Below are positions 30,881-42,399 of a stretch of 64,000 nt of DNA, piece by piece. Below the pieces are notes generated by a model. The model had not been told where the DNA came from. It did not search any database and saw only the letters and a program-made list of their open reading frames with translations. This stretch comes from Flectonema sp. DT1601 (taxonomy: Eukaryota). Both the position numbers and the translations under genes were made by a program. The DNA lies in the NCBI GenBank assembly GCA_964019425.1, contig OZ025804.1:124001-188000 (forward strand). Reading direction: 5' to 3'. How positions within the stretch are numbered: the first letter of the stretch is position 1; every line of letters begins with the position of its first letter.

Positions 30881-33800
30881 TTTTTTTTATTTATTTATTT
30901 AGTCACATCCCCCCTGTCTTTCTACTTTGTTTTTATTCTTTCTGAGCATACTCGCTCTTCTTATTTTTTAACTAAGTAAATAAGCAACAACGAGTGCAAC
31001 TGTTGTGAGTCCGTTGGAGGACTTCCCCGGATAGGAAGCTCACGACACTGTAAGTACAAAGCGAATGATCAATACGGAGACGGTGGCCAAAGACCACTGG
31101 GTTACCTGCGAGCTATGAAGCTCTACGGATGTCCTCAGAGAGTTATTAGGAGATGAATTAGGAGTGATGTATGAGTATGATATACTAAAAAGATAGTAAC
31201 TTCTGATAACAGCTTGTTGCCGTCCATTGTTCTAAATGCCATATGAAGCCAGCGAGGGAATGTAAGTTCCTCGTAGCGAACATAAATAGCAGGCTGTGTT
31301 CCTTCTTTGAAATCTTCGCTTCTTCCATGACAGATCCAATTGTTCCATCTCTGATGCGTACCAGAGCAGAGTTCATGCAGTTAAACATCAAGTGTCTAGG
31401 TGATGAGTCCGTCCGTCTACAAAAAGGGCACTTCAGTTGTACGCCTTTGTCTCTCAGCAAGGGGTGTGAACCCGTTCTGAATTGTGCAATTCTTACTTCC
31501 GAAGCTCTCAGCATGTCTTTCGGATATCTAGCAGTTCTCAATCCTCCGGTCGCCTCCAGATACTGTCTGAGCATCACCCGTTTCATTGGAGGCTTTGCCT
31601 TCTCGGAGGCTTCCATCATCTTTCCTATCAACTTCCTGTGAGACTCCCTCGCTACCCTTGATTTGTGGGCGAAGAAATCCATGGTCGTTGAGACCGGTTT
31701 ACTTTCGGCATCCTTCGAGACTTCTTTGGCCAGCTTATCAGCCTTATCGTGTGGTTCAATCCCCACATGGGCCGGGATGAACTGGAGATGCACCTGTGTC
31801 TTCAGATCCCTAATGCTTTCCAGTATTAACAGAGAGTTCAACTTCCTCTGGGCAACAATCCCTCCATTGAGTTCCTCCAGGTTGGATTTCGAGTCACTGA
31901 AGATTCTGGTAATACCTGACCTGGGACCCAAGATCGAGTCAGCTTTGCCAATTTCTCTCATCAGCAGTTTGAGTGTTACTTGTTCAGCCTTGTAGCTGCT
32001 TTCAGTAGCTACAAGTCTTGACGACATCGTTCTCTCAGTTGGTGAGACCTGTACTGCTGCCGCACCCGCAGTGTAGTTAACAGGATCATGTGAGCCGTCC
32101 ACATATATAGCCGAGTTGCAAGGGACTAAGTCCCTGCAGTATTCCTCAAATTTGTTCCTATCCACATCTGCATCACCGGTCTTGTTATGACCATACCCAC
32201 AGGATATCTCTAGATTTGGTACATCCGCCCAAGGTTCGATGCTGTCAGGTTGAACTATTCCTTGGAGGGCGATGTTACAATCTTCCTGCGGCAACTTAGA
32301 ACTCCAGAATCCTTTCGCTATTCGGTTCGTCGAACGTACCCACTTCAGCGATCGATACCTAAACAGAGCAGTTCTGGCCTGTTTTTCTATTATCAACTTC
32401 ATCGGGAGCATGTTCGCCTCCAAGAGCAGTGGGAGAGACCTGGTGTAGATGCTGCAACCCGTTATCCTTCTCGCAATCTTCTTCAGATTCAAGTCCACAA
32501 GATCAATCTGACCCTCAGATAGGAAAGGACCGAAGCTCTCCAGCCCATATGACAGCCTTGAAAGTATGTACAGGTTCTTGACCATGCACAGCGTCTTAAA
32601 ATCAAAATCATACTGTTCTAGTTTCCCCAGGAGTGCAAGACCCTTCCTGGTCTCATCCAGCATCTTTCCGACCTGTGTTCCATAAGATAAATCACCATCA
32701 ATGTGCACCCCCAGGTATTTAACGCTGTCTACCATCGGCATCAGTACTGCGGTTAACAACTTTACTCTCAGCTTACTTGATCCATCAGGGAAAATTGCAA
32801 GCAGGTCCTTCGTATTAGCAACTTCGGTATCATCCACCTTGAGAATGGTTTCTCCACTCCCCAGAATTGGCCTTCCAAACTCGTTCGGTCTGATCATCTT
32901 AGCCAGATCTCCCCTGCTTACAACGTAATAATTATCCTTTGCAGTCCTGGGGAAGCCCAGTCTCCAGTAGATATCCTTTGGGCAGCGCACAGGCATACCA
33001 CATGTCTTAGAGACGGACAGTGCCATATCATTGGTTTTGCACCAGCTATCCACAAGTCCAAGGATCCATTGCGCTTTCTTATTGGTTAAATTAACGTCCT
33101 TATCAGAGACTACACAAGCGGTGTCATCTGCATAAAGAGCCGAAACTGAGCCAGTCTTCTCCAACAACTTTGCCAGGTCATCAACATAAATCAGGTATAG
33201 CAGCGGACCGATAATCGATCTTTGGGGAACCCCCCTCGTTACCGTTCTGTAGGAGCTAAGGTTGCCATTCGCACTCACCCTTGCCTGCCTGCCCTTCAGG
33301 AAGTCAACTACCCATGCAATGAACGGGGAGGGAATACGCATGTTCTTCATCTTCTTGATCAGTTTCTCATGATTAATTCTATCAAATGCTTCCGTGAAGT
33401 CGAACGACAGCAGAACAGAGCTCTTGTTCTTTTCACTGGCCTCATGAAGAGCGTTGACTAACATTGAAATCTGCTCACACGTATTCCTTCCTCTTCTAAA
33501 ACCCGCCTGGATAGACGACAGGGCATTGTTCTGGGTAAGCCAATACATCAACCTATCATAAATCACTCTTTCAAGTACTTTACCCACCACCGAGGTCAAC
33601 GTGATCGGTCTGAAACTTGCGATCTTATCTTTTGGCTTACCTGGTTTGTAAACTGGCTTGATAAGACCCTCCTTCCAGATCCTCGGTACCTTTGACGTTA
33701 GCCACGATTCATTGAATAACGCCAGGAGGAAATCCATTCCTATCACCGATAAGTTCTTCAACATTATCCCATGGATCCCATCTGGACCTGGTGCTTTCCC

Positions 33801-35181
33801 GGGCCTTACCTTCTTGATGGCTCGCTTCAGTTCAGTCATTGTTAGATTCCCTCCGATTTTGGCGAAGTCGCTGCTCTTCGTATTCGGAGGTCCTAGTTTA
33901 CGTTTTGTCGGGGTCTTGACAAATTGTTCCAAGAACTTCGCAGGTAGTTGGTTCTCGTCAAACTCCGGAATGTGAATTTCACGTCCTTCATCCGTCTCAA
34001 GGTCCTTTATCTTTTTGAACGCATATGCAAAGCCTTCACCTTTTGCTAGCCGTTCAGCGATAAATTTTCCCTTCGCACGCTTGGTATCTGGGGTGGAAGC
34101 GTTCCACATTCTTCTTCTCTTCCCTTTGATCCGAAGCCTTCTCCTAACGTACCTCTTCGCTACTCCAAGAACGATTCTGTTGAACGTTACTGCTCTTCTC
34201 CCAACGCTCGCAGAGTTGTTTACCTTTCCAAACCTGTAGTCTAGTTCATGTTCATATGAGTACCAATCAGCTGTATTGAAGTCCCAGACCGATCTCTTCG
34301 TCGCGTGGTTGCCCGAAGGCTCAAGGGGTGAGGGCGTATCGAAGGTAGCAGAGAGTGGTGTATGATCCGAACCGTGCTCAATTCCTTCACCTACCAGCTC
34401 AAAGTTAAGCAGTTGAATCTCCTCGTGGTGCAGGATCAGATCGGGCGAGGTCCCATGTCTCGGCAGTGTCGCTAGACCTGGCGGGTTCGCAATCAGGAGG
34501 TCCTCTTGCCCTGTCCAGTTGAGAAGGTCACAGCCTTTTACGTCGGTTTTCTTGGACCAGTACCTATGGTGTGCGTTGAAGTCACCAGCGAGAATGAACT
34601 TGCCAACACGTTTCAGGGAGAATAGTTCAAAATTAATCCTCGAGCTCGGTGGGGAGTAGATGTTGAGAATACTTACGTCTTCGTTAATTCTGACACCCAT
34701 CGACTCGACGGTTCCTCTCATCGACGGTATGGAGATATCAAAGCAATCATGTTGAATTCCTCGTTTTATTAAAGTGATCAGGCCACCTCCCCTTCCTGGC
34801 CTATCCCTCCTGTAGCAAACGTAGTTCCAATGAAACAATGCCATCCTGCAAGAAGTCTCCTGAAGGCAAAGTACGTCGGGGTCAAGCTTACTCAGGATGT
34901 GTCCAATGAACTCCATTTTGTTCGAGATGGTGCGACAATTCCAACTGATTACATTTAGTTTGCAAGAGGGACCATCCTTTCTCCTATTTGGCCCTGGGTT
35001 TCGTTCAACGTCCCCTGCTATCAGCAAGAGACGTCTTCGAGTCTCAGCCCAGTTCCTTCCATCTACGTGCCGTCATTTACCTTCCAAGAATCTCGTCATC
35101 AGCATCTCTAAACGATCCATCCTTCGTTCCATCGTATCCTGTTCAGCTGTCGACTTCATCACAGTTTTCTTTGTCACAACC
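30881..35181 (-). mobile_element. Family B copy B2, 5'-truncated in the C-terminal part of ORF1
   Basis: (TAAA)n tail, conserved 3' UTR, intact ORF2, and 35 codons of an upstream ORF ending in TGA at 35073-35075. Confidence 0.92.
31185..35072 (-). CDS. ORF2 of B2: 2A peptide, APE, RT, RNase H, CCHC
   Basis: *RHVDGRNWAETRRRLLLIAGDVERNPGP followed by WNC, LQET, GDFNAH, SDH, YADD, YLG and VDGS. RT motif reads GVPQRS (G to R), possibly inactivating. Confidence 0.92.
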   Translation of the reverse strand, partial: RHVDGRNWAETRRRLLLIAGDVERNPGPNRRKDGPSCKLNVISWNCRTISNKMEFIGHILSKLDPDVLCLQETSCRMALFHWNYVCYRRDRPGRGGGLITLIKRGIQHDCFDISIPSMRGTVESMGVRINEDVSILNIYSPPSSRINFELFSLKRVGKFILAGDFNAHHRYWSKKTDVKGCDLLNWTGQEDLLIANPPGLATLPRHGTSPDLILHHEEIQLLNFELVGEGIEHGSDHTPLSATFDTPSPLEPSGNHATKRSVWDFNTADWYSYEHELDYRFGKVNNSASVGRRAVTFNRIVLGVAKRYVRRRLRIKGKRRRMWNASTPDTKRAKGKFIAERLAKGEGFAYAFKKIKDLETDEGREIHIPEFDENQLPAKFLEQFVKTPTKRKLGPPNTKSSDFAKIGGNLTMTELKRAIKKVRPGKAPGPDGIHGIMLKNLSVIGMDFLLALFNESWLTSKVPRIWKEGLIKPVYKPGKPKDKIASFRPITLTSVVGKVLERVIYDRLMYWLTQNNALSSIQAGFRRGRNTCEQISMLVNALHEASEKNKSSVLLSFDFTEAFDRINHEKLIKKMKNMRIPSPFIAWVVDFLKGRQARVSANGNLSSYRTVTRGVPQRSIIGPLLYLIYVDDLAKLLEKTGSVSALYADDTACVVSDKDVNLTNKKAQWILGLVDSWCKTNDMALSVSKTCGMPVRCPKDIYWRLGFPRTAKDNYYVVSRGDLAKMIRPNEFGRPILGSGETILKVDDTEVANTKDLLAIFPDGSSKLRVKLLTAVLMPMVDSVKYLGVHIDGDLSYGTQVGKMLDETRKGLALLGKLEQYDFDFKTLCMVKNLYILSRLSYGLESFGPFLSEGQIDLVDLNLKKIARRITGCSIYTRSLPLLLEANMLPMKLIIEKQARTALFRYRSLKWVRSTNRIAKGFWSSKLPQEDCNIALQGIVQPDSIEPWADVPNLEISCGYGHNKTGDADVDRNKFEEYCRDLVPCNSAIYVDGSHDPVNYTAGAAAVQVSPTERTMSSRLVATESSYKAEQVTLKLLMREIGKADSILGPRSGITRIFSDSKSNLEELNGGIVAQRKLNSLLILESIRDLKTQVHLQFIPAHVGIEPHDKADKLAKEVSKDAESKPVSTTMDFFAHKSRVARESHRKLIGKMMEASEKAKPPMKRVMLRQYLEATGGLRTARYPKDMLRASEVRIAQFRTGSHPLLRDKGVQLKCPFCRRTDSSPRHLMFNCMNSALVRIRDGTIGSVMEEAKISKKEHSLLFMFATRNLHSLAGFIWHLEQWTATSCYQKLLSF

Positions 35182-35200
35182 AATAAATAAAAACCCTAAA

Positions 35201-38200
35201 TTATTTTTTTATTTTTATTTTGTCACATCTTTCTTGTCTCTCTTTCATTTTGCTTTTTTTATATTCTGAGCACCAACGCTCTTCTTATTTTTTAACAAGA
35301 CAAAGATACGCGTGCAACTGTCAGGAGTCCGTTAGAGGACCTCCACGGATCGGCAGCTCCTGACACTGTGCTTGCAAAGCGAGAGATCAACGTAAAGACG
35401 GTGGCCAAAGACCACTGGGTCACCTGCGAGCCGAAAGGGCCCTACGGTTGTCCTCATAGAACTAGGAGATAAGGAGAAAGAATGGAGAAGATGTATACTA
35501 AAAGATAATAGTATTGACTTGTTTAACTACAGCTGAGTGCTGTCAGGTTTGAACCCATTGCTCCATGTTCCATATGAATCCGGCAAGGGCATGCAAGTTA
35601 CGTGTAGCAAACATGAACGGAAGACTCAAGGCAGTCTTCGAGATTCTTGCTTCCTCAATAATTTCACCAATAGTTCCTTTTCGAATGTACATCAGCGCCG
35701 CAGCAGTGCATTCCAGTATCAGATGACGTGGTGAAGACTCCGTTCTTTGACAAAAGAGACACATCCGAGGAACTTCTTTAATTCTAAGTAAGTGATGAGA
35801 TCCAGTCCTGAATCTAGCTATTCTAATTTCTGATGACCTCAGCATGTTGGGGGGGTAACGAGCAGCCTTGTAACCCCCAGTGGCTTCCAGGTATTGTCTC
35901 AGCATGACACGCTTGACAGGGGGCCTCGCAGTCTCAGCACCTTCAAGCATCCTGCCAAATAGCTTCCTACCGGTTTCGCGTGCAACCCTCGACTTGTGTG
36001 CAAAGAAGTCCATTTTTGAATTAACTGGCTTCCCATCCAAATCTTTAGAAGCTGCCTTAGCCAGTTTATCAGCCTTGTCGTGAGGATCAATCCCTACATG
36101 CGATGGGATGAATTGAAGATGGACAAAGGTCCCCAATTGTTTGATTTTGTTCAGTATCGACAGCGAATTCACCTTCCTCTGAGCCACAATACCTCCCTTC
36201 AGTTCATCTAAATTCGACTTCGAGTCACTAAATATCCTTGTGATCCCGCAGGTAGATCCAAACGGCGAGTTTATCTTGCCAATTTCATAAACCAATAATT
36301 TCAGAGCTATCTGTTCAGACTTGTAACTACTTTCGGTGGCCACAAGTCTGGATGCCCTGGTACACTCTACCGGTAAGACCTGCACGGCCGCTGCACCAGC
36401 AGTGTAGTTCTTAGGGTCATGAGATCCATCAGTATATATCGTGGAGTCAGAGGGTCTGAGTTCCCTGCAGTATTCATCAACTTTAGTTTATCAGCTGCAG
36501 CATCGACAGTTTTGGAGTGTCCGTAGCCACACGATATCGAGAGGTTCGGTACATCTGCCCACGGTTCAATACTGTCGGGCTGTACTATATCTTGAATTGA
36601 GATCTGTCGATCCTCAGGCGGTAGTTTTAAACTCCATAGACCACTAGCAATTGAACGAGTTGAGGGGACCCACTTCAGAGATCTGTACCTGAAGAGGGCA
36701 GTCCTTGCTTGTTTTTCGATCAGAAGGCGCATTGGCAGCATATCCGCTTCCCACAACAGCGGCAAGGAGCGTGTAAAGTCACTGCAACCCGTGATCCTCC
36801 TCGCGACTTTCCTAAGACTGAGATCGATTGGCCCAAGTTGTTCATCAGTTAGGAATGGGCCGAAGCTTTCCAGACCGTAGGACACCCTTGAGAGGATGTA
36901 GAGGTTTTTTACCATCTGTAATGACTTAAAATCGAGGTTATAAGGTTCGAGCTTCCTCAGCAGAGCCAGTCCCTTCCTAGATTCGTTCAGTATTTTATCA
37001 ACTTGTGTATCGTACTTGAGATCATCATCGATGTGGACCCCAAGGTACTTTACGCTGTCCACCATCGGCAAGAGAACCGATGTTAGTAATCTTACCCGAG
37101 TCCGTTGCGGGCCAGCGAGTATGACCCTCATTAAATCATCAGTGCTAAGGACTTCAGTGTCATCGATCTTTAGAATTGTTTCACCACTTCTTAATATTGG
37201 CCTCTTAGAGTCATTTGGTTGCAACATCTTCCTCAAATCATCCCTGTTCACCAGATAGAAATTGTCTTTCACCGTCCTGGGGAAGCCCAGTCTCCAGTAC
37301 ACATTCTTCGGACATCCCACCGGCATCCCGCACGTTTTTGAAACAGACAAGGCCATGTCGTTGTCCCTACACCAAGTATCAACGAGTCCCAGTATCCATT
37401 GAGCCTTCTTATTCGTACTTGATAGGTCCCTATCCGATATGACACAAGCAGTGTCATCGGCATAAAGAGCCGAGATAGAACCAGTTTTCTCCAAAGTCTT
37501 TGCGAGGTCATCCACATAGATCAGGTAAAGAAGCGGACCCACGATTGAACCTTGAGGAACACCCATTGAGACCGTCTTGTATGAACTAAAGTTTCCGTTA
37601 GCTTCCACCCTTGTGCGTCTTCCTGAAAGGAAGTTGGCTATCCACCCAATGAACGGGGAGGGAATGCCCATAGCTTTCATTTTTGCAAGGAGTTTGGTGT
37701 GATTTATTCTGTCAAAAGCTTCCGTGAAATCGAATGACAGTAATATAGAACTCTTCTGGGTTGCATCGGCCTCATGTAGTGCATTCACAAGTAGGGAAAT
37801 CTGTTCACATGTGTTCCTTCCTCTTCTAAAGCCAGCTTGGATCGAAGACAGAACTTTGTTCTGGGTGAGCCAAAACATCAATCTGTCATAAATAATTCGT
37901 TCTAGAACCTTACCAACTACTGAAGTCAGCGTAATTGGTCTATAGCTTGCCACCTTTTCTTTTGGTTTGCCAAGTTTGTGAACAGGCTTGATCAAGCCTT
38001 CCTTCCAGATCTTCGGCACTTCGGTCGACAACCAGGAGTCGTTAACTAGAGACAGAAGGTGCACCTTGCCCAGCGGGGATAAATTCTTAATCATCGTTCC
38101 ATGAATCCCATCCGGACCAGGAGCCTTGCCTGACTTAACTTTTTTCAGTGCAAACTCTAGTTCAGACATTACTACAGGCCTACACACATCTTTGTAGTCG

Positions 38201-38301
38201 CTAGGTTTAACAGACGGTGATTTCAACTTCGGTCTATTTGAGGTCTTGACATATTGGTCTAGGAACTTTTCGGGCAGCTGTTTCTCATCGAACTCAGTAA
38301 T
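35201..38301 (-). mobile_element. Family B copy B3, 5'-truncated (no APE), frameshifted near 36480
   Basis: ORFs 36367-38226 (RT) and 35543-36385 (RNase H/CCHC) are homologous to B1/B2; conserved 3' UTR and A-rich tail. Confidence 0.9.
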
Positions 38302-38362
38302 ACAAATAAAAACCCTATTTTTTATTTATTTTTATTAAATAAAAAACCCTAAATTTAGCAGA

Positions 38363-38369
38363 GCCGCTT

Positions 38370-38418
<49 letters not shown>

Positions 38419-38435
38419 AATCCCAGGTGGTGGCA
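38363..38435 (+). tRNA. tRNA-Phe (GAA)
   Basis: 73 nt: D-arm GCTC/GAGC, anticodon arm TCAGA-CTGAAGA-TCTGA, T-arm CCTGG-TTCAATC-CCAGG, A and B boxes. The acceptor stem has G-U pairs and a U7-U66 mismatch. Confidence 0.93.
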
Positions 38436-38440
38436 TTTTT
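38436..38440 (+). terminator. RNA polymerase III terminator (T5)
   Basis: TTTTT immediately after the discriminator base. Confidence 0.75.
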
Positions 38441-38588
38441 ACGTCAGGACTGACATTGGAAAAATTATTCCAGTGTTCATCAGAAATAGAAAATCTTTTG
38501 TAAAGCCATTTCAGGTGTGGAGAACCTTTCTTGTATAAGGGTCTCAGGATCACATTGGCAGATGCTTAGGGAGTATCTGGTATTGAAC

Positions 38589-38650
38589 AAAACCCTGGTT
38601 TTATTATTATTTTGTCACATCTTTCTTGTCTCTCCTTTTTGCTTTCTTTT
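38589..38650 (-). mobile_element. Very short 3'-terminal remnant of a family B element
   Basis: TTTTGTCACATCTTTCTTGTCTCTC matches the B3 3' terminus (about 35219-35243), with an A/T tail and an adjacent AAAACCCT. Confidence 0.65.
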
Positions 38651-38973
38651 TAACACTGGACAACATTGCTCTTCTCGGAACATTAGATCATGTTCTCCAG
38701 AAAGGAGGCATTTGCAAGGTGCAAGGAGAATGAAGGGCAAAACAAGTTCCCCGGCGAGTGATGCCTCGTCAGATATTTTCCACAAGGAAACAGTCAGGAG
38801 AAGATTGTGTGACAATGTCAGAGTTTTCTCCAGTTTCTTCACAAGTGCAGATATAGGATCCATTTCCAACTTCACATGCAAGTGTGCTTTCAGGGAAGAG
38901 AACAAACATAGTGCAGATGAGGGACGGAGGGCTGTTGCCACATTGCAACATGTATGGAGCGCCAGCGATGACG

Positions 38974-39459
38974 CTAATTCTTCGACGTCTGTGTGACTTT
39001 GCGGTTGACCTTAGCCAATACAAACACAACAGATGTGAGGGATGAACAATGACTTAGAAAGTAATTTCCAACAACTGAAAAATTGCTGAGACCTGATAAG
39101 TCAACAGATGTGACGTATTGAAGACCAGGAAGACTGACCTTTATAACCTTACGAGATGAGGATAAGAAATCATCCGAAACGGTCGTGACTGAGGGTTCAG
39201 GGTTGCTGAATGAGATGTTCGTAACATCATCCAAGAACCACTCACCCACAGCGAATGTGGGAGTATCAAGGCAGAAAAACCCGTCCTGATCCCGTTCTCC
39301 TCGTAGGAATGCCTTCGCTCTCTTTGCAGCATCTGTGAACCATTCCAATCCAAACAAGTGCACCACAGATGCAACCAACAGCGAGCCGTCCTCCACTCCG
39401 TGCGACACCAGTCGACTACCTGCTCGAAGCAGCGATCCTGCGAATGAAAGCTCGAACAT
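38974..39459 (-). pseudogene. Deleted/truncated paralog of the ubiquitin-like + LRR genes
   Basis: Near-identical to parts of 40982-42082, but lacks the N-terminus and most repeats. Confidence 0.8.
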
Positions 39460-39681
39460 ATTTCTTCAAACAGACTTCTTTTTCTTACATATCACGATTT
39501 AGTCTCAACCTATTGAAGTTAGGGGTTCTGATGTCATCTTCGCTGTTAAGTGAAAAGTGATAATTAAGTTTCACTTTAAAAGAAGAAACAGACAAATCAA
39601 AAACAAACAGTGGCCGACTTTAGCCAAACAACACAGTGATTGCGGTGACAAGTTCGCATCAGAAATACTCAAATTCATGCA

Positions 39682-40269
39682 TCACATGCCTCCCAGCAAG
39701 ACTTCACTACAACCAGATAAGAAGTAATAACGACCATCACTGTAGCAGTTGCCTATTCCTGTAATGTTTTTCAACACTGAAATGTTGAGTGATTCCAAAG
39801 CAGGACAACAAGAGAGGAAAGCTTCTCCAATATTTGTTAATTTTCTGAATGAGGAAATGTCAATCGAAGTTAACCCAGCACATCCAAGTAGGAATCCAGC
39901 TCCAATGGTTGTGACATTCTGAAGACAAGACAGATTTAGGCTTTTTATTGAGGTACAACCACACAGAAAATAATCCCCCAATGCTTGTACGCTGTCGAAA
40001 CACATGAAATTCAATAATTCGATGTTAGAATTTGATAAAAAAATTGTGTCAACAGAAGAAATGACAAGATCCGCATTGAAAAACGCTATTCTCTGAACTT
40101 CGAGAGGCAACATCTCAGATTGAAAATCAAAGCATCCATCCACAGTGAAGGTTGTTGCGTCAACACATGATACGTTTCTAACGAGTGTCGATTCAGTCAC
40201 CATCAACGATATGTCTGACAACAAAGATGTTGAATGTGATATTGTGACTTGTATTGTTTCTTTATTCAC
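39682..40269 (-). pseudogene. LRR protein of a second subfamily, internally deleted relative to its paralog at 42400-42798
   Basis: LRR-type FLxGCxxLxSxxxSxLxxxTxIG repeats; N-terminus shared with ORF 42514-42798. Confidence 0.6.
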
Positions 40270-40981
40270 ACCATTACTTGTGAAAAGTTACCCAAATGAT
40301 CAAAAGGGAATGAGGAAATTGCCATTAAAATAATTTTTAATAATGAAGTATAGCGAATACCATATGCATGACGTAAACTATACAACTCAGCTAAGCTGTG
40401 TAACACCAACACAAGATGTTCTCCATTACATTAATATTTCAGCTGTACGATTGTACGATTGTATTTAAATATGAGCGTTACTGAATTTTTCGATCCACCG
40501 AACCTGAAGAAATTCCTAATTATCCGTGGAAGCAAAAGAGACAATTTCGGTAATAAGCTTCCCATCACTGTTTGCACCTGAGAAGGAAATATGATAAGAG
40601 AATAAGGCATTAACTAAACAAGCTGAGATCAACACAAAGAAGTATCTACACTGTATGGGTGCAGATTACTTCCACTCGAGCAGGGATTGTGTCAGGCCCG
40701 TTTCGATTCGATCGGACACTGGCGGGGGAAAGGGCGGGTGGGGAATACCAAATGGGGTTGGGAGTCTGATAGAATATGACCCAGTCAAGGGAATAAGAAC
40801 ACTGCAATGCAATCAAACATTCAATTCCAACTAACAAACACTTGTTAAGAGTGTGTGAGCGAAACACACATCTTCCTTTCTGAAAACACCATCGAATAAA
40901 AGATAAATTAAATACCCCAAAACAAAACAAAACAAAAGGAACAACGCACACACACTAAAAACAACACTGATGTGATTTATG

Positions 40982-42082
40982 TCATTTCAAATCCTTTATG
41001 CTCGTATGCAGTTCGTCTCTGTTAATGGATGAACAACCTCTTAGGAAATTACTTCCAACGAATTGCACATTCATGAGGGTTAAATCCAAGGAAGTAAGTG
41101 ATGAACAATTAAATAGAAAACAGTCTCTAACAACTGAAACATTGCTGAGACTTGATAAGTTAACAGATGTGAGCGATGAACAACTTCTTAGGAAAGAGTG
41201 TCCAACAACTGTAACATTGCTGAGACCTGATAAGTTAACAGACGTCAGGGATGAACAATTATTTAGAAAACCATCTCCAACAGCTGAAATATTGCTGAGA
41301 CTTGATAAGTTAACAGATGTGAGGGATGAACAATAATATAGAAAACCATCTCCGACAGCTGAAACATTGCTGAGACTTGATAAGTTAACAGATGTGAGGG
41401 ATGAACAAAAATATAGAAAATAGTCTCCGACAGCTGAAACATTGCTGAGACCTGATAAGTTAACAGATGTGAGGGATGAACAATTATTTAGAAAACCATC
41501 TCCGACAGCTGAAATATTGCTGAGACTTGATAAGTCTACGGATGACAGTGAATTGCAATCTTGGAGGAAATTATTACCAACAGATGTGACGTATTGAAGA
41601 CCAGGAAGGCTGACCTTTATAACCTTACGAGATGAGGATAAGAAATCATCCGAAACGGTCGTGACTGAGGGTTGAGAGTTGCTGAATGAGATGTTCGTAA
41701 CATCATCTGAGAACCACTCACTGTTACTAAACTGAAGACAGCCATCCACAGCGAATGTGGGAGTATCAAGGCAGAAAAACCCGTCCTGATCCCGTTCTCC
41801 TCGTAGGAATGCCTTCGCTCTCTTTGCAGCATCTGTGAACCATTCCAATCCAAACAAGCGCACCACAGATGCATCCAACAGCGAGCCGTCCTCCACTCCG
41901 TACGACACCAGTCGACTACCTGCTCGAAGCAGCGATCCTGCGAGTGAAAGCTCAAGAAAGTCAGCATCGGTACCCCACTCATCAGCTGCAACCTGCAATG
42001 CATCCTTCACGAGCGACTCTCCAGAAGCTGTGAAAACAACGTCAGGAAACCCTGTGTCTGGGAACGTAACCGAGAGTTGCAT
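40982..42082 (-). CDS. N-terminal ubiquitin-like domain plus 25-aa LRR protein (about 366 aa)
   Basis: Start MQLSVTF taken from the paralog at 45901; repeats of SSLTSVNLSSLSNVSAVGDGFLxxC. Confidence 0.85.
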   Translation of the reverse strand: MQLSVTFPDTGFPDVVFTASGESLVKDALQVAADEWGTDADFLELSLAGSLLRAGSRLVSYGVEDGSLLDASVVRLFGLEWFTDAAKRAKAFLRGERDQDGFFCLDTPTFAVDGCLQFSNSEWFSDDVTNISFSNSQPSVTTVSDDFLSSSRKVIKVSLPGLQYVTSVGNNFLQDCNSLSSVDLSSLSNISAVGDGFLNNCSSLTSVNLSGLSNVSAVGDYFLYFCSSLTSVNLSSLSNVSAVGDGFLYYCSSLTSVNLSSLSNISAVGDGFLNNCSSLTSVNLSGLSNVTVVGHSFLRSCSSLTSVNLSSLSNVSVVRDCFLFNCSSLTSLDLTLMNVQFVGSNFLRGCSSINRDELHTSIKDLK

Positions 42083-42399
42083 TTTAACTCGCCTGAGTAA
42101 CCTACGAAATGTGATGATGAATGGCTTGGAGTATGATGAGATTAAAGAACGTGTAAAAACAAATTTCTTCAAACAGACTTTCTTTTTTTTTTGTTGCACA
42201 ATATGGTCCCAACCTATTGAGATTAAATGCCACTGGGGGTTCTGACAATGTCATCTTCGCTGTTAAGTAAAAAATGATAATTAAGTTTCGCTTTAAAAGA
42301 AGAAACAGACGAACCAAAAACAAACAGTAGTTGACTTCAGCTAAACAACACAGTGATTGCGGTGACAAGTTCCGTATCAGTTTCTGAGTCCACTCTGAA

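Noticed and set aside
38517..39029. Overlapping short ORFs downstream of the tRNA
   Set aside because: No recognisable motifs; spans a retroelement remnant and a pseudogene junction.
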